Shown here piece after piece: positions 46,805 through 57,207 of a stretch of DNA of 64,000 nt. The translations under genes and the position numbers were made by a program. Source of the DNA: an uncultured Rickettsiales bacterium (GTDB taxonomy: Bacteria; Pseudomonadota; Alphaproteobacteria; Rickettsiales; UBA8987); the NCBI GenBank assembly GCA_964588995.1, contig CAZPQM010000002.1, forward strand, positions 59,459 through 123,458, written 5' to 3'. Each line of letters starts with the position of its first letter. Position 1 is the first letter of the stretch. The notes beneath the pieces were generated by a model that had not been told where the DNA came from, searched no databases, and saw only the letters and a program-made list of their open reading frames with translations.

Positions 46805-47872
46805 TTATTGCACTAGTTGATTATATAAAGTTGTAATTTGCTCCGCGTATCGCGGCAGTGAAAAATGCTGTTGGTAAGCCTGACGCGCCGTACGGCCGAG
46901 GCGGTTTCGTCTATCCTTTGAGCTTACAAGCTGCTCAAGCGCTTGCTGTAAAGCGGCTACATCTTTTGCTGGAACGAGCAGGCCATTTTTTCCCGATGTG
47001 ATCATATCCGGCAGCGTACCCACCTCGGTCGCGACAATAGCGAGCCCGTGCGCCATTGCTTCAATAACCGAAAGCGGTTGATTTTCGACATGCGACGGCA
47101 GGACCAGTATATCCGCTGAGTGAAACAGCGCATCGAGCTCGGCCTGTTCCAGCCATCCGGGAAAAGTGACACGCTCCTCAATACCCGCCTCTTTTGCTAG
47201 TTGGCTGTAGTGTGCAATATCGCCCGACCCGGCAATCGTAAGCTTCCATTTCAGCCTCTGTACGTCGGGCGCGGCGAGCGCTTCGATCAATTCCTCTAGC
47301 CCTTTACGCGGCAGCACATGGCCGACAAAAATCAGGTGAGGTGTGTCTGATACTGTGCGCTCTACCGTCTTTGGTTCGGGTACGGCATTATAGATAATCG
47401 AAATGCGGTCCGGCGCAACGTCCAGCTCTTCATTAAGAAAACGCTTCCAATGCTCGCCAAGGACTACGGTATGATCTGTACCGTGAAATAAGGCACGAAT
47501 GCGGCGCTGGCGAGAAGCAGGGCTGGTTTGGTAAAACGCCTGAAACCCGCCGCCATGCAGGTGAATAACCGTTTTCACGCGAAACAGGCTGGCGATACGA
47601 AACAAAATATATTTCCGTGTAAAGCTTCCCTTGCTGGCAAGATTAAGATGCAGAATATCAACGCGCCTAAGTAGGCAGGCAGCGAATATGCGCAAGCACG
47701 CTAAACAAAAAACAAGGGTCGCTTGCATTTTACCCCCGTTCCCCCGGGTCTGCAGTTGGGTGCATGTAACCTCTTTTACATACCGGTCAATATAATCTTT
47801 CAGATACACCATCTGCTTGACGATACCGCCACGGCCATAGCGATTGCCCGGAGTTGCCAGATAAATCCGCAT
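46805..47872 (-). CDS. GT4-family glycosyltransferase
   Basis: HLHGG, FVGHVLPRKG, LPSHVENQPLSVIEAMAHG. Confidence 0.92.
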   Translation of the reverse strand: MRIYLATPGNRYGRGGIVKQMVYLKDYIDRYVKEVTCTQLQTRGNGGKMQATLVFCLACLRIFAACLLRRVDILHLNLASKGSFTRKYILFRIASLFRVKTVIHLHGGGFQAFYQTSPASRQRRIRALFHGTDHTVVLGEHWKRFLNEELDVAPDRISIIYNAVPEPKTVERTVSDTPHLIFVGHVLPRKGLEELIEALAAPDVQRLKWKLTIAGSGDIAHYSQLAKEAGIEERVTFPGWLEQAELDALFHSADILVLPSHVENQPLSVIEAMAHGLAIVATEVGTLPDMITSGKNGLLVPAKDVAALQQALEQLVSSKDRRNRLGRTARQAYQQHFSLPRYAEQITTLYNQLVQ

Positions 47873-49290
47873 CAGCGATATGGCTCCAGATTCAGCTTCT
47901 GATTGATAAAGGTGCGCTTACCGTTTGCTGTGTTGAACGGAATATCGTCGACGATCTGTAACGTAAACCGAATCGACTCGCCGTTTTTACGCTGAATTTC
48001 CTCTACAAAAGGACGCAGCTCCGCCTCGCTTACCCCCGGTTGGGGCACGACCCGGATACTCACCTCGCCAGGCACATCCTGATAGAGCTGAAAGGCATGC
48101 AGCTTTGCATAGACGGGGGAGTGGATATTGATGGCCGACATGGAAGTGAGCTCTCCTCCCTTGCCGACTGCATATTCCTCGCCCCATCGCCCCTGAATAT
48201 CACGCCAGCGTGCACGGTAGTGATTCACTTCATCTGCGGGATGGACAAGCGTTGCGATATCTTCTGTATCATAGCGGAGCAGTGGCATCGCCATCGACAA
48301 AAACCCGGTCCCGATGATGCGCCCGCTTTGCCCGGCTTCGGTGATAATATCACCCTGCTCGTCCACCAGTTCGCCGTATCCATAGAGCGGCTCAACATCA
48401 TAGAGGTTCGGATCATCTCCCACCTGCCCTGCAATGAGCACCTTCTCGCTCATCCCATAATACTTCATGATTTTCGCATGCGGAAAGGCGCGCTGAAAGG
48501 TCTCCAGCTGGTGCGGCTGTGTCGCCTCAGAGACCGGGAGAATACCTTTTAGCCGTCTGGGCGCTTCCCAACCGGCATTCAGCACATAACGCGCAAACAC
48601 GATAATGCTCGATGGGTAGCCGTGGATAAAATCTGCCTTATATTCCTCAATAAGCTGGCAGAAAAGCTCCATATTATCAGGTTTGAAATGAAACGGCGAT
48701 AGGCGTAGCTCTTTCAAAGCTGCATCGAAATACCATGGCTTATCATCAACTTTTTCAAAGTGTATGCCACGAAATACAGCACGAGTGTGTTTGCCCGCCT
48801 CAAAGCCAATACGAGACCAAAAATGTGTAACATAGGCAAGCTCTTTTACACCACGGTCTTTATCAAGGAAAAACTGCAGCGGACGGCCGGAACTGCCACT
48901 GGTTGAGGCGACATCCGTATCCTCTTTCGGTTTGGCAAGAAAGGCTTCCGGGTCATTGCGAAGATCCTCCTTCGTGAGGATCGGCAGCTTACGCAACGCC
49001 TCAAATGTGAAGCGATCAATATCGGGTATCCCGCCATAGGTTTTGTGAAAAAGCGATTGGTAATACGGGGTCTTAGCCGCGAAAGACATCAGCTCTCGTA
49101 GCTTCTGCAAGCGCGCCTCACGCGTAAAGTCCGGGTCCGCTTGCGCCGTGAGAATAGCCTGCCTTGTGTCAAAAAATGTGCGACCATACTTCAGCTTCAG
49201 CGGCAGCAGATCAATCAGCGGGCTGAGCTGCGCCTGCGTTTTCGGCGATGCACCGGCATACCAGTTCCGCAGATTATTGAGCACGGTCAC
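47872..49290 (-). CDS. Phenylacetate-CoA ligase-like (CapK-type) adenylate-forming enzyme
   Basis: PILTKEDLR, STSGSSGRP, HGYPSS, YGMSE, PLLRYDTED. Confidence 0.85.
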   Translation of the reverse strand: MTVLNNLRNWYAGASPKTQAQLSPLIDLLPLKLKYGRTFFDTRQAILTAQADPDFTREARLQKLRELMSFAAKTPYYQSLFHKTYGGIPDIDRFTFEALRKLPILTKEDLRNDPEAFLAKPKEDTDVASTSGSSGRPLQFFLDKDRGVKELAYVTHFWSRIGFEAGKHTRAVFRGIHFEKVDDKPWYFDAALKELRLSPFHFKPDNMELFCQLIEEYKADFIHGYPSSIIVFARYVLNAGWEAPRRLKGILPVSEATQPHQLETFQRAFPHAKIMKYYGMSEKVLIAGQVGDDPNLYDVEPLYGYGELVDEQGDIITEAGQSGRIIGTGFLSMAMPLLRYDTEDIATLVHPADEVNHYRARWRDIQGRWGEEYAVGKGGELTSMSAINIHSPVYAKLHAFQLYQDVPGEVSIRVVPQPGVSEAELRPFVEEIQRKNGESIRFTLQIVDDIPFNTANGKRTFINQKLNLEPYR

Positions 49291-51449
49291 ATCGTCACCT
49301 TTTCACCGCGTGTTAAGGATTCGACCGCGAGTAAGGTAAGTCGTGAGGTGTCGATGAGGCAGTCAAAATCTATCGGCATCGGCTGGCCTTGCTTAATACT
49401 GGCGACCCAGGCCTGCATTTCCTGCTGCTGCCCTTTATCATTCTTAAAGCCACCATGCGTTTTCGCCTTTTTATCACCGCGGTAGAGGGTTAGCGTTTCA
49501 AAGTTCAGCATGTGTGCGGTCACGCCGCCACCAATCACTTCCAGCGTCTCTTTCGGCGTTTTGCTACCCCCTTGTGTCAGGTAATGCAGTGTCGCGACCG
49601 AGCCGTCGGCATAATTCACTATCACGCTCATATTATCCGCATCATCATGCGTGGCTTGTTCCGCACGAATCGCCGTGGCATACACGGAAACCGGGCGGCT
49701 ACCGGTCAAATACGCAAATACATCCAGAAAATGCCCGGCCTCGCCAACAAACCGTCCGCCCTGATCCTTATCGTTAATCCACGCATCGGCCGGTAGCGCC
49801 CCGGCATGCACGCGATATTGCAGCGTCAGCGGGGAGTCGTCGGGTAGTGAGGCTTTCAATTGCTGGATAATAGGTGAAAAACGGCGATTGAACCCGACCA
49901 TCAGCTGATGATTTCCGCTCGACCCTGCCGCCTGTACAACCTGCTCCAGCCCGGCATTATCAATCGCAAGCGGTTTTTCGACAAAAACTGCTTTTCCCGC
50001 CTCAAGCGCCTGAGCCGCAAACCGTGCATGGCTTGCATGCCGCGTTGCGATCAACACCGCATTGATCTGCTCGTCACGTAAAATCTGTTTATAATCCGTA
50101 CTATGCGCAGCGAAATTAAACTTATTTGCCGCATTTTTGCACGAAAGCGAGGTTGCCGTAGCCACATGTGCAAGATAAGCATCCTTATGCTGTTTCAAGT
50201 GCGGCAATAACATACTAGAGGCATAATTGCCCGCGCCGATACAGCCAATCGCCACCGCATCCTGCGGCGCAGTGACCTGTGTCAGCTTCGGCTTGATATG
50301 TTTTAGGGATGCCGCCTTATCATACTCAAACAGTAGCCCTAACCCGCTAACCTCTCCGGCATGGATTTTCTCATAAATTCTATCGGCTTCGGCAAAGGGG
50401 TAGACCTGATCGATGATGGCGCCCATATTCAGTTTATTATGCGCAAGCAGTTGCATGAATGCCTGCAGGTTTCTCCCCTCCGTCCAGCGGACATAACCAA
50501 TGGGATAGTCGATCCCCTTATCCTCATAATGCGGATCATAGCGCCCTGGCCCGTAAGAGCGCGAAAAGCGGAACTCCACCTCTTTCTTGAAAGATTCGTT
50601 ATAGGGCAGATCCATGCGGGTTTTGCCGACACAGACAATCCGCCCCCGGTCTCGCACCAGCTCAAGCGCCTGCTCCAGCGGCTCATTGCTATCACTGCCG
50701 ACGGTCAGGAAAACGCAATCGGCACCGTGTGACTGCGTCAGGCGCATGAGTTGCTCGGTTATGCGTTCATCATCGGGCCGACCGCTCGCATACGCACCGG
50801 AAGCAATCGCACGCTCACAGCGCGATTCGGATAAATCAATACCGATCACCGTTACACCGCTTGCAACCGCGATCTGCGTCAATAGCTGCCCGACCAGACC
50901 GAGGCCGATTACAACGACCGTTTCGCCGAGCGTGCATTCCCCTTGCCGGAACCCATGCATTGCAATACTACCCATTGTAGTAAAGGCGGCGTTCTGCATA
51001 TCGACCGTATCCGGCACGGGCACGACCAGATTCACCGGTACCATATTATAATCGGCGTGGTTGGCTACACCCGCTCCGGCGCAGGCCACTTTCTGCCCAA
51101 CCGTATATTCCGTCACACCGCCCCCCACCGCTTCCACGACACCGGAACAGCTATAGCCAAGCGGGGTGAGCGAATCGAGGCGATTCATCACTTTCTGGTA
51201 GGTTGCTTTGAGCCCTTGCTGCTTGGCGGTGTTGATCACCTGCTTGACCTGATCCGGCCGCGCCTTCGCCTTTTGCAGCAGGTTCATTTTACCTTCGCGT
51301 AGCTTCATCCCCTCGGTGCCAAGCGAAATCACGCTGTAATGATTCCGCACGAGCACATGGCCTGATTTCAACGCGGGCGGATCCACCTCTTCCAAGGTGA
51401 TCGCGCCACTCTTATAATTCTGTGCGATTTGTTTTGCTGTATCGGACAT
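49287..51449 (-). CDS. Bi-domain oxidoreductase (MDR alcohol dehydrogenase + Gfo/Idh/MocA)
   Basis: ISLGTE, PLGYSCSG, IGLGLVG, SRSYGPGRYD, WTEGRN; then IGAGNYA, VEKPLA, VGFNRRFSP; start ATG 51449. Confidence 0.88.
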   Translation of the reverse strand: MSDTAKQIAQNYKSGAITLEEVDPPALKSGHVLVRNHYSVISLGTEGMKLREGKMNLLQKAKARPDQVKQVINTAKQQGLKATYQKVMNRLDSLTPLGYSCSGVVEAVGGGVTEYTVGQKVACAGAGVANHADYNMVPVNLVVPVPDTVDMQNAAFTTMGSIAMHGFRQGECTLGETVVVIGLGLVGQLLTQIAVASGVTVIGIDLSESRCERAIASGAYASGRPDDERITEQLMRLTQSHGADCVFLTVGSDSNEPLEQALELVRDRGRIVCVGKTRMDLPYNESFKKEVEFRFSRSYGPGRYDPHYEDKGIDYPIGYVRWTEGRNLQAFMQLLAHNKLNMGAIIDQVYPFAEADRIYEKIHAGEVSGLGLLFEYDKAASLKHIKPKLTQVTAPQDAVAIGCIGAGNYASSMLLPHLKQHKDAYLAHVATATSLSCKNAANKFNFAAHSTDYKQILRDEQINAVLIATRHASHARFAAQALEAGKAVFVEKPLAIDNAGLEQVVQAAGSSGNHQLMVGFNRRFSPIIQQLKASLPDDSPLTLQYRVHAGALPADAWINDKDQGGRFVGEAGHFLDVFAYLTGSRPVSVYATAIRAEQATHDDADNMSVIVNYADGSVATLHYLTQGGSKTPKETLEVIGGGVTAHMLNFETLTLYRGDKKAKTHGGFKNDKGQQQEMQAWVASIKQGQPMPIDFDCLIDTSRLTLLAVESLTRGEKVTM

Positions 51450-51729
51450 AATTGCCACTACCTTAGCTATTTTTGAAAACGCTACCATAACCATAAGTAG
51501 CCTGCCAATAAAAGCGCTTCTACCCATCAGCCTCATGCCCAATTACACGATCTGCCGTGTCAGAAATGTCTGATTCGGTGTGAATAAAAACAGTTCGCAG
51601 CGTTATTCCGCTAATAGTTGTGCACTTACAGGCACAACCTTATACGAATATCACAGGAAAGAATGAAACAGGGAAGGATTGCTTGCAAATCGTTAATCGA
51701 TTTGAAACAAGTCGAAATATGTTAGCAAA

Positions 51730-52821
51730 ATGGGGAAGTTAACACTGATGCGTCATCTGGCACTACTCTGCGGGGTTGCAACCCTTGCTTCCTGCGGCTA
51801 TGAGACTGTAAACCTGTCGACGCAAACAACTGCCGATTACACGGTAATACCCATTAGCGAAGCCGTTAAATCACCTCCTTTGCATTACTCAACCGCTTCA
51901 ACGGAAGAGATGCCCACCGCCAAGCGCTCTCAGGAATACACCTATTTGATCGGCCCAAGTGACCGTATTCAAATAATCCTCTACATCGTAAACCCTGAGG
52001 GTAATGGAGGCTTAATGCGGATTATTCCGCAGGATGCCCCTATTTCAAGCGAAACGGAATACATAGTCGATGATACAGGCTATATTCGCGTTCCCTTTGC
52101 AGGGCGCATTAAAGCTGCAGGGAAATCCGTTAATGCGCTGCACCAAGAGCTCCACAACGCGTTATCTAACTATTTTGTGGAGCCGCAGTTAAAAGTAGGC
52201 GTATCGACTTTTAGCAGTAGCCGTGCAGTGATAACAGGGGAAGTGGGGCAGCAGAAGGAGCTTATCCTCACCGATAAACCCATGACGGTGATGGAGGCGT
52301 TAAGCTCGGCAGGCGGCTATTCGCAGGCGGCGGATTTAAGTCAAGTCAGGTTGACCCGTGTCGATGGGGAAACCGAAACGATAGATTTGCGCAGCAGCTT
52401 GTTAGGGGGTGAACCGGTTTATAACCCCGTTCTTCAAACCGGAGATACCCTACATATTCCGCGCAACCATGGTAATGAAGTATTTATGCTCGGTGAGGTG
52501 GTCAACAACCAGATTCTTCAACTCAATAACCGTGATATGACCTTAACAAGTGCCCTATCGGCGGCAAGAGGGATAAACCCGATCACGGCCCAGCCTTCTG
52601 AAATATACGTAATTCGGGAGCTTCACGATGAAACATGGGTATTTCACCTCGATGCCAGTTCGCCCTCAGCCTATATCGAAGGTGACAATTTTTTATTGCA
52701 GCCGCGCGATGTCATCTATGTGGGCGCACGCCCCATTACGGACTGGAGCCGTTACATAAATCAATTGATTCCAAGCTCGATATCGCAACTGGTTAATAGG
52801 AATAATTATGAAGGGAACTGA
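51730..52821 (+). CDS. wza: Polysaccharide export outer-membrane lipoprotein
   Basis: Lipobox LASC, YLIGPSD, GYIRVPFAG, VITGEV, VFMLGEV, LQPRDVIYV. Confidence 0.9.
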   Translation: MGKLTLMRHLALLCGVATLASCGYETVNLSTQTTADYTVIPISEAVKSPPLHYSTASTEEMPTAKRSQEYTYLIGPSDRIQIILYIVNPEGNGGLMRIIPQDAPISSETEYIVDDTGYIRVPFAGRIKAAGKSVNALHQELHNALSNYFVEPQLKVGVSTFSSSRAVITGEVGQQKELILTDKPMTVMEALSSAGGYSQAADLSQVRLTRVDGETETIDLRSSLLGGEPVYNPVLQTGDTLHIPRNHGNEVFMLGEVVNNQILQLNNRDMTLTSALSAARGINPITAQPSEIYVIRELHDETWVFHLDASSPSAYIEGDNFLLQPRDVIYVGARPITDWSRYINQLIPSSISQLVNRNNYEGN

Positions 52822-54949
52822 GGCCTTTGGATCGTATGCGGAATTTGAACGGCCGGCTTCTTCGTCAGCTGGCTATCATGCCATTGATATGCGTAAATAC
52901 CTGAATGAGCTGAGCCAGTCTAAATTCACAGTGGCTCTATTCGCATTTGTATTTGCACTTGCCGGGGCGTTTTTTGCACTGCGTCCTCAACCTTATCATG
53001 CTGTGGCAACCTTAAAGCTGGAGGGAAGCGGCTTAGGCGGCATAATACAATCCGGTGGGTTAAATATAGATTCGGAAATTGGCACGATTAACTCCTGGAC
53101 AACCGTCAGCAAGGTGCTGGACCGTATGCAGTATTACGCGGTTGTAGAATCGGAAAAGCGCCCAAACTGGTTTTCCAATTTTATGAATGTGCTTCATTCG
53201 GAGCAACCCGGTGGAGCCGAATCGCTGGACGATAAACCCTCTATTCAGGTTAAGCACCTGCATTTACCGACCGTGTTGGATGGCCAGCAACTCATCTTTA
53301 AAATCATATCGATTAACACCTATATTCTCACCACTGCTGACAATAACATCGTCTTTACCGGCGAATTCGGTCGAACCTATACAGATTCGAATGCCAATAT
53401 CGCCGACAGCCGCGATAGTTTTATTATTCACATCGAAAATCATAACGCGCCTATCGGAAGCCTGTTTTACGTTAATCCACTTTCAACCGATGCCATGATT
53501 ACGCATGTGCTTCAAAAAATGGACGTCACGAAACGGAGCTCCCATCCTAACTCCAGCCTGATAGATGTCGATATTGTACATTATAATCCACAGTTCGCCC
53601 GAAGCTTTTTGAGCGCGCTGGTCGATTATTACATTGACAGTACGGCATCTCAGAAAAATGCGTCTAGTGAGAAAATACGCCGAAATTTTCAGGAAGAGAT
53701 TTCCGACCTTAAGCAGCAGATAGAACATCGCGAAAAGGAACTGACACGCTTTTTTGCGGAAAACGGCACCATCAATATCCAAGAAGAAACAAAGCTTTTG
53801 TTAAATAATATTCTTTCACTCGAGAACCAATTACTTGAAGCGGAGATGGAATTAGCGCAGGCGAAACTGATCTATCAAAATGAACATCCATCGTTAGAAA
53901 TTTTGAAAGACCGCGTTATAAGACTTCGGGCCAGATTAGAAAATATTGAACGTCGCGGCGAATCCTTACCCCTCTTGCAAAGTCGGCTATTTAGCTTACA
54001 GCGTGAACTTGATGTCGCAACCGACTTATACAGCGCTGCGATTGAACGATATGCCCGTCTGGAAGCCCAAATGGTGAGTGCAGCCGGTCAGGCTCATATT
54101 GTTAACGAGCCACGAATCAAACCGGATGCACTTCGTAATCAGCTGGCGCAGGTGGTCGTATTATCTGTCATTATGGGTATTTTAATTGCGCTAAGCCTGA
54201 TCTTACTTCGCCTTACTGCCCGGGTTCAGCGTATTGAAACTATCGATGACTTGCAATCCATTTCCATGTTCCCGGTAGTTGGTACCGTTCCGCACGATAA
54301 ACACGAGGCACAAAAGGGCAGTAAGGGCCAAACCTCCGTGTTATTTAGCAATCGCCGCAGCCCCACTATTACCAATCTAAAGACAATTGAATCCCAGTTT
54401 CACTACCTGACCCATGGCGCAAACAACAATGTGGTTGCCTTTACCAGCGATGTTGAAGGGCAGGGTAAAAGTTTTCTGGCACTCAATCTTGCACTTTTAT
54501 CGGCTAGCCGCCGCAAAACACTTTTTATCGATTGTGATATTAAACATTCCAGCATTCATAAAGTGTTAAAGTGTGCTCGTATGCCCGGCCTTTCTGATAT
54601 TATTACAGGGAACACGAACTTCGAAGATGCGTTGGTTGAGATTACGGAAGAGAAGTTTTACTACTTACCACCCGGGCTAAAATTAATGAATTATCAACCC
54701 CTCATGGATAAACGCCGCCTTAGTGATTTAATTGAAAAAACATCCAAAAGCTTCGACATTGTGATCATCGACTTTCCGGCCTTTAGCCAGTTACATGGGC
54801 GTACGGACTTACTGGATGCGGCGGGTACCCTGTTTCATGTGGTGAAACATGGCCGAAACGTGCAGGATCTTGAACTCTACTTAGAAAAGTTCGATGACGA
54901 TAATCAGGTTAATTCCCTGCTGCTTAATAATGTGCCAAACGTAAAATAA
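52808..54949 (+). CDS. wzc: Wzc-type polysaccharide co-polymerase / BY-kinase lacking a C-terminal Tyr cluster
   Basis: Two TMs flanking a periplasmic coiled coil; EGQGKS, FIDCD, IIDFP; ends LLLNNVPNVK. Confidence 0.85.
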   Translation: MKGTEAFGSYAEFERPASSSAGYHAIDMRKYLNELSQSKFTVALFAFVFALAGAFFALRPQPYHAVATLKLEGSGLGGIIQSGGLNIDSEIGTINSWTTVSKVLDRMQYYAVVESEKRPNWFSNFMNVLHSEQPGGAESLDDKPSIQVKHLHLPTVLDGQQLIFKIISINTYILTTADNNIVFTGEFGRTYTDSNANIADSRDSFIIHIENHNAPIGSLFYVNPLSTDAMITHVLQKMDVTKRSSHPNSSLIDVDIVHYNPQFARSFLSALVDYYIDSTASQKNASSEKIRRNFQEEISDLKQQIEHREKELTRFFAENGTINIQEETKLLLNNILSLENQLLEAEMELAQAKLIYQNEHPSLEILKDRVIRLRARLENIERRGESLPLLQSRLFSLQRELDVATDLYSAAIERYARLEAQMVSAAGQAHIVNEPRIKPDALRNQLAQVVVLSVIMGILIALSLILLRLTARVQRIETIDDLQSISMFPVVGTVPHDKHEAQKGSKGQTSVLFSNRRSPTITNLKTIESQFHYLTHGANNNVVAFTSDVEGQGKSFLALNLALLSASRRKTLFIDCDIKHSSIHKVLKCARMPGLSDIITGNTNFEDALVEITEEKFYYLPPGLKLMNYQPLMDKRRLSDLIEKTSKSFDIVIIDFPAFSQLHGRTDLLDAAGTLFHVVKHGRNVQDLELYLEKFDDDNQVNSLLLNNVPNVK

Positions 54950-54989
54950 CCCTGGCTTTCAAAAAAGCTATTGTGCTGCTGCGGCGTTA

Positions 54990-56138
54990 TTATTTCACGG
55001 GGTCATGTAAATACAGCGAGAGTGCCAAGAACATCCAGGCCTGTGTCCAGCGTAAATAGGTGATGCGGTTCGTATAGCGCTTATGCCGTTGATAGATGAA
55101 CGCTTGTTTTTGTTCGTCCCACAGGTCAGACAGGCTCCGCTCGACAACCTTGTGCACGAGAGGATGATTGTCGTTAATCAGATCGGATAATATGACATAT
55201 TGCGCCGCCGATTCCGGATCAATCGGATAGCGGTTATCCGCGTAGTATTTCGCCGTTCCATCCTGTTCAAAACAATTCTCGCGGTAAAATGCAAGGCCCT
55301 GTTTTATTGCCCGCCTGATAACAGGAGACCGGAGCCGTTGATTCATGAGATAAAGCGCTTCCAGATTATATCCTGTATGAAAGCCGTCAATGAATTGGTG
55401 GTGCGGCTCGGTGCCATAGCGCCAGCTTCCGTTCTCCTGCTGTGCTGCTAACGTGGTCGCAATTGCCTGTTCGGCCAGCTTGCGGTAACGTGCAACACCG
55501 GAATGTTCATGCGCGAGGATACATACATAACACGCCCACAGATTCGCATTATGTACCAGCGTATCGGAACCTGGAACATAGGCGAAATAGGGCTGGTCGG
55601 TCTGAACATTGCGGAATAAATGCGTTTCAACGAACTTTCCGGCTTCGATAAAGCTTTTTTTCGTTACTTTGCTGATTTCAGCGTTGTGTAATAGATCAAG
55701 CGCGCGGATAACATAAGCAGTCGTAATCACATTTGGCGTTGTTTTTCCTACGAAAAATGCCTTAGCCTGCCAGTCAAACGGGTAGCCCCAGGCGGCCTCT
55801 CCCCACTCTGTTCCGCACCGATGCTGCATAAGCAGGTCATAACAATAATCAGCATCCTCAAATTGTTGCTGCCGTATAAACCCGCGCAGATAAAGACTGA
55901 TCGCTTTAGCATTCTGCACTTTGGGCACCAGCGTTACAGGCCGGAAATTGACTGGGGAGCGTTTAAATAACTGCACCCATGCCAGCCGTAAAAACCGCGA
56001 GCGGTCCAGCTGAAGCATCTGAAAAAGCCTGCTGTTCAGGCCGTCAAACGGATCCCATCCCTTGTAGTCATGCTCTTTACCCAGCTGTTCGAGCGTATTA
56101 AGTATCTGGACTATATCTTCTCGGCTACAACCTGCCAT
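54990..56138 (-). CDS. Six-hairpin (alpha/alpha)-toroid protein of polysaccharide clusters, function unknown
   Basis: GWDPFDGLNS, WGYPFDWQ, PNVITT, HNANL, IDGFHTGYNL, YLRWTQAWM; start ATG 56138. Confidence 0.7.
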   Translation of the reverse strand: MAGCSREDIVQILNTLEQLGKEHDYKGWDPFDGLNSRLFQMLQLDRSRFLRLAWVQLFKRSPVNFRPVTLVPKVQNAKAISLYLRGFIRQQQFEDADYCYDLLMQHRCGTEWGEAAWGYPFDWQAKAFFVGKTTPNVITTAYVIRALDLLHNAEISKVTKKSFIEAGKFVETHLFRNVQTDQPYFAYVPGSDTLVHNANLWACYVCILAHEHSGVARYRKLAEQAIATTLAAQQENGSWRYGTEPHHQFIDGFHTGYNLEALYLMNQRLRSPVIRRAIKQGLAFYRENCFEQDGTAKYYADNRYPIDPESAAQYVILSDLINDNHPLVHKVVERSLSDLWDEQKQAFIYQRHKRYTNRITYLRWTQAWMFLALSLYLHDPVK

Positions 56139-56223
56139 CACATACCGTCGATGATTAACTGATAGGAGTGTAATACTATCTTTCGGCTTGTAAATGCCAT
56201 AGGCTGTAAACGGAGGTTTTCGC

Positions 56224-57207
56224 ATGCATATTTTGGTAACAGGTGGTGCCGGCTATATAGGAAGCCATGTATGCAAAATGCTGGCTGAAACGGGGTATAT
56301 ACCGGTAGTGTATGACAATCTATCGCGCGGCTATCGCGAGTCAGTCCGCTGGGGTGTGTTGGTTGAAGGTGACATCCGCGATCCAGTAGAGTTGAGACGC
56401 GCTTTTACGACGTATTGGCCACAAGCCGTCATGCATTTCGCCGCCCTCGCCTCGGTCCCGGAGTCATTTGAAAGGCCAGACCTTTATAACGAAAATAATG
56501 TCGAAGGTACGGCAACCCTTTTAGCCGTTATGGAAGAGATGAAGATAGCGCCCATTGTCCTCTCCAGCACCTGTGCAGTCTACGGTATGCCGGAAACTTC
56601 CGGTCAGGTGAGGGAGGAGACTGCGTTGCGGCCCATCAATCCGTATGGAGAATCCAAACTGCAGATGGAAAAGCAGGTGCAGACCTACACGCAGGAAGGT
56701 CGTATTCGGCCAATGATTCTTCGGTATTTTAATGCCGCTGGATGCGATCCGGAGGGCGAATTGCAGGACAAGCGAACACCTGTTACGGCTGTAATTCCGC
56801 TTTTGCTGCGTGCCTTTCGGGAGCAGCGCACTTTTCAGATATTCGGACAGGACTACGATACGCCGGATGGTACGGCCATACGCGATTATATTCATGTAAA
56901 CGATCTGGCGGCTGCTCATATTACCTCGCTTTCTGCGTTACTGGAAGGACATGCGGGTGATATTTATAACCTCGGAACGGAACGCGGTATTTCCGTACAG
57001 GAATTAGTTTCGGCTGCTGAAGAGGTGCTTGGAGCTCCGCTTAAGGTCGAATACGCTCCGCGCCGTCAAGGTGACCCGGCCGTAATGATTGCCGATAGCT
57101 CAAAAATCGCCGGAGAGCTTGGCTGGAAAGCGGGTATGAACGATATTAAAGCTATCCTACGCACGGCTGTAATGGCCTCTGAAATACCTGTATCTGCGAC
57201 GGGGTAA
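56224..57207 (+). CDS. galE: UDP-glucose 4-epimerase
   Basis: TGGAGYIGSH, SSTCAVYG, NPYGESK, LRYFNAAG, DGTAIRDYIHV. Confidence 0.93.
   Translation: MHILVTGGAGYIGSHVCKMLAETGYIPVVYDNLSRGYRESVRWGVLVEGDIRDPVELRRAFTTYWPQAVMHFAALASVPESFERPDLYNENNVEGTATLLAVMEEMKIAPIVLSSTCAVYGMPETSGQVREETALRPINPYGESKLQMEKQVQTYTQEGRIRPMILRYFNAAGCDPEGELQDKRTPVTAVIPLLLRAFREQRTFQIFGQDYDTPDGTAIRDYIHVNDLAAAHITSLSALLEGHAGDIYNLGTERGISVQELVSAAEEVLGAPLKVEYAPRRQGDPAVMIADSSKIAGELGWKAGMNDIKAILRTAVMASEIPVSATG

Noticed and set aside
54990-56225. Longer 411-aa start overlapping the galE start, and upstream extensions of cheR, ubiH, znuC and the oxidoreductase
   Set aside because: The extensions are non-homologous-looking sequence overlapping neighbouring genes; downstream starts with RBS or stop-start coupling fit better.
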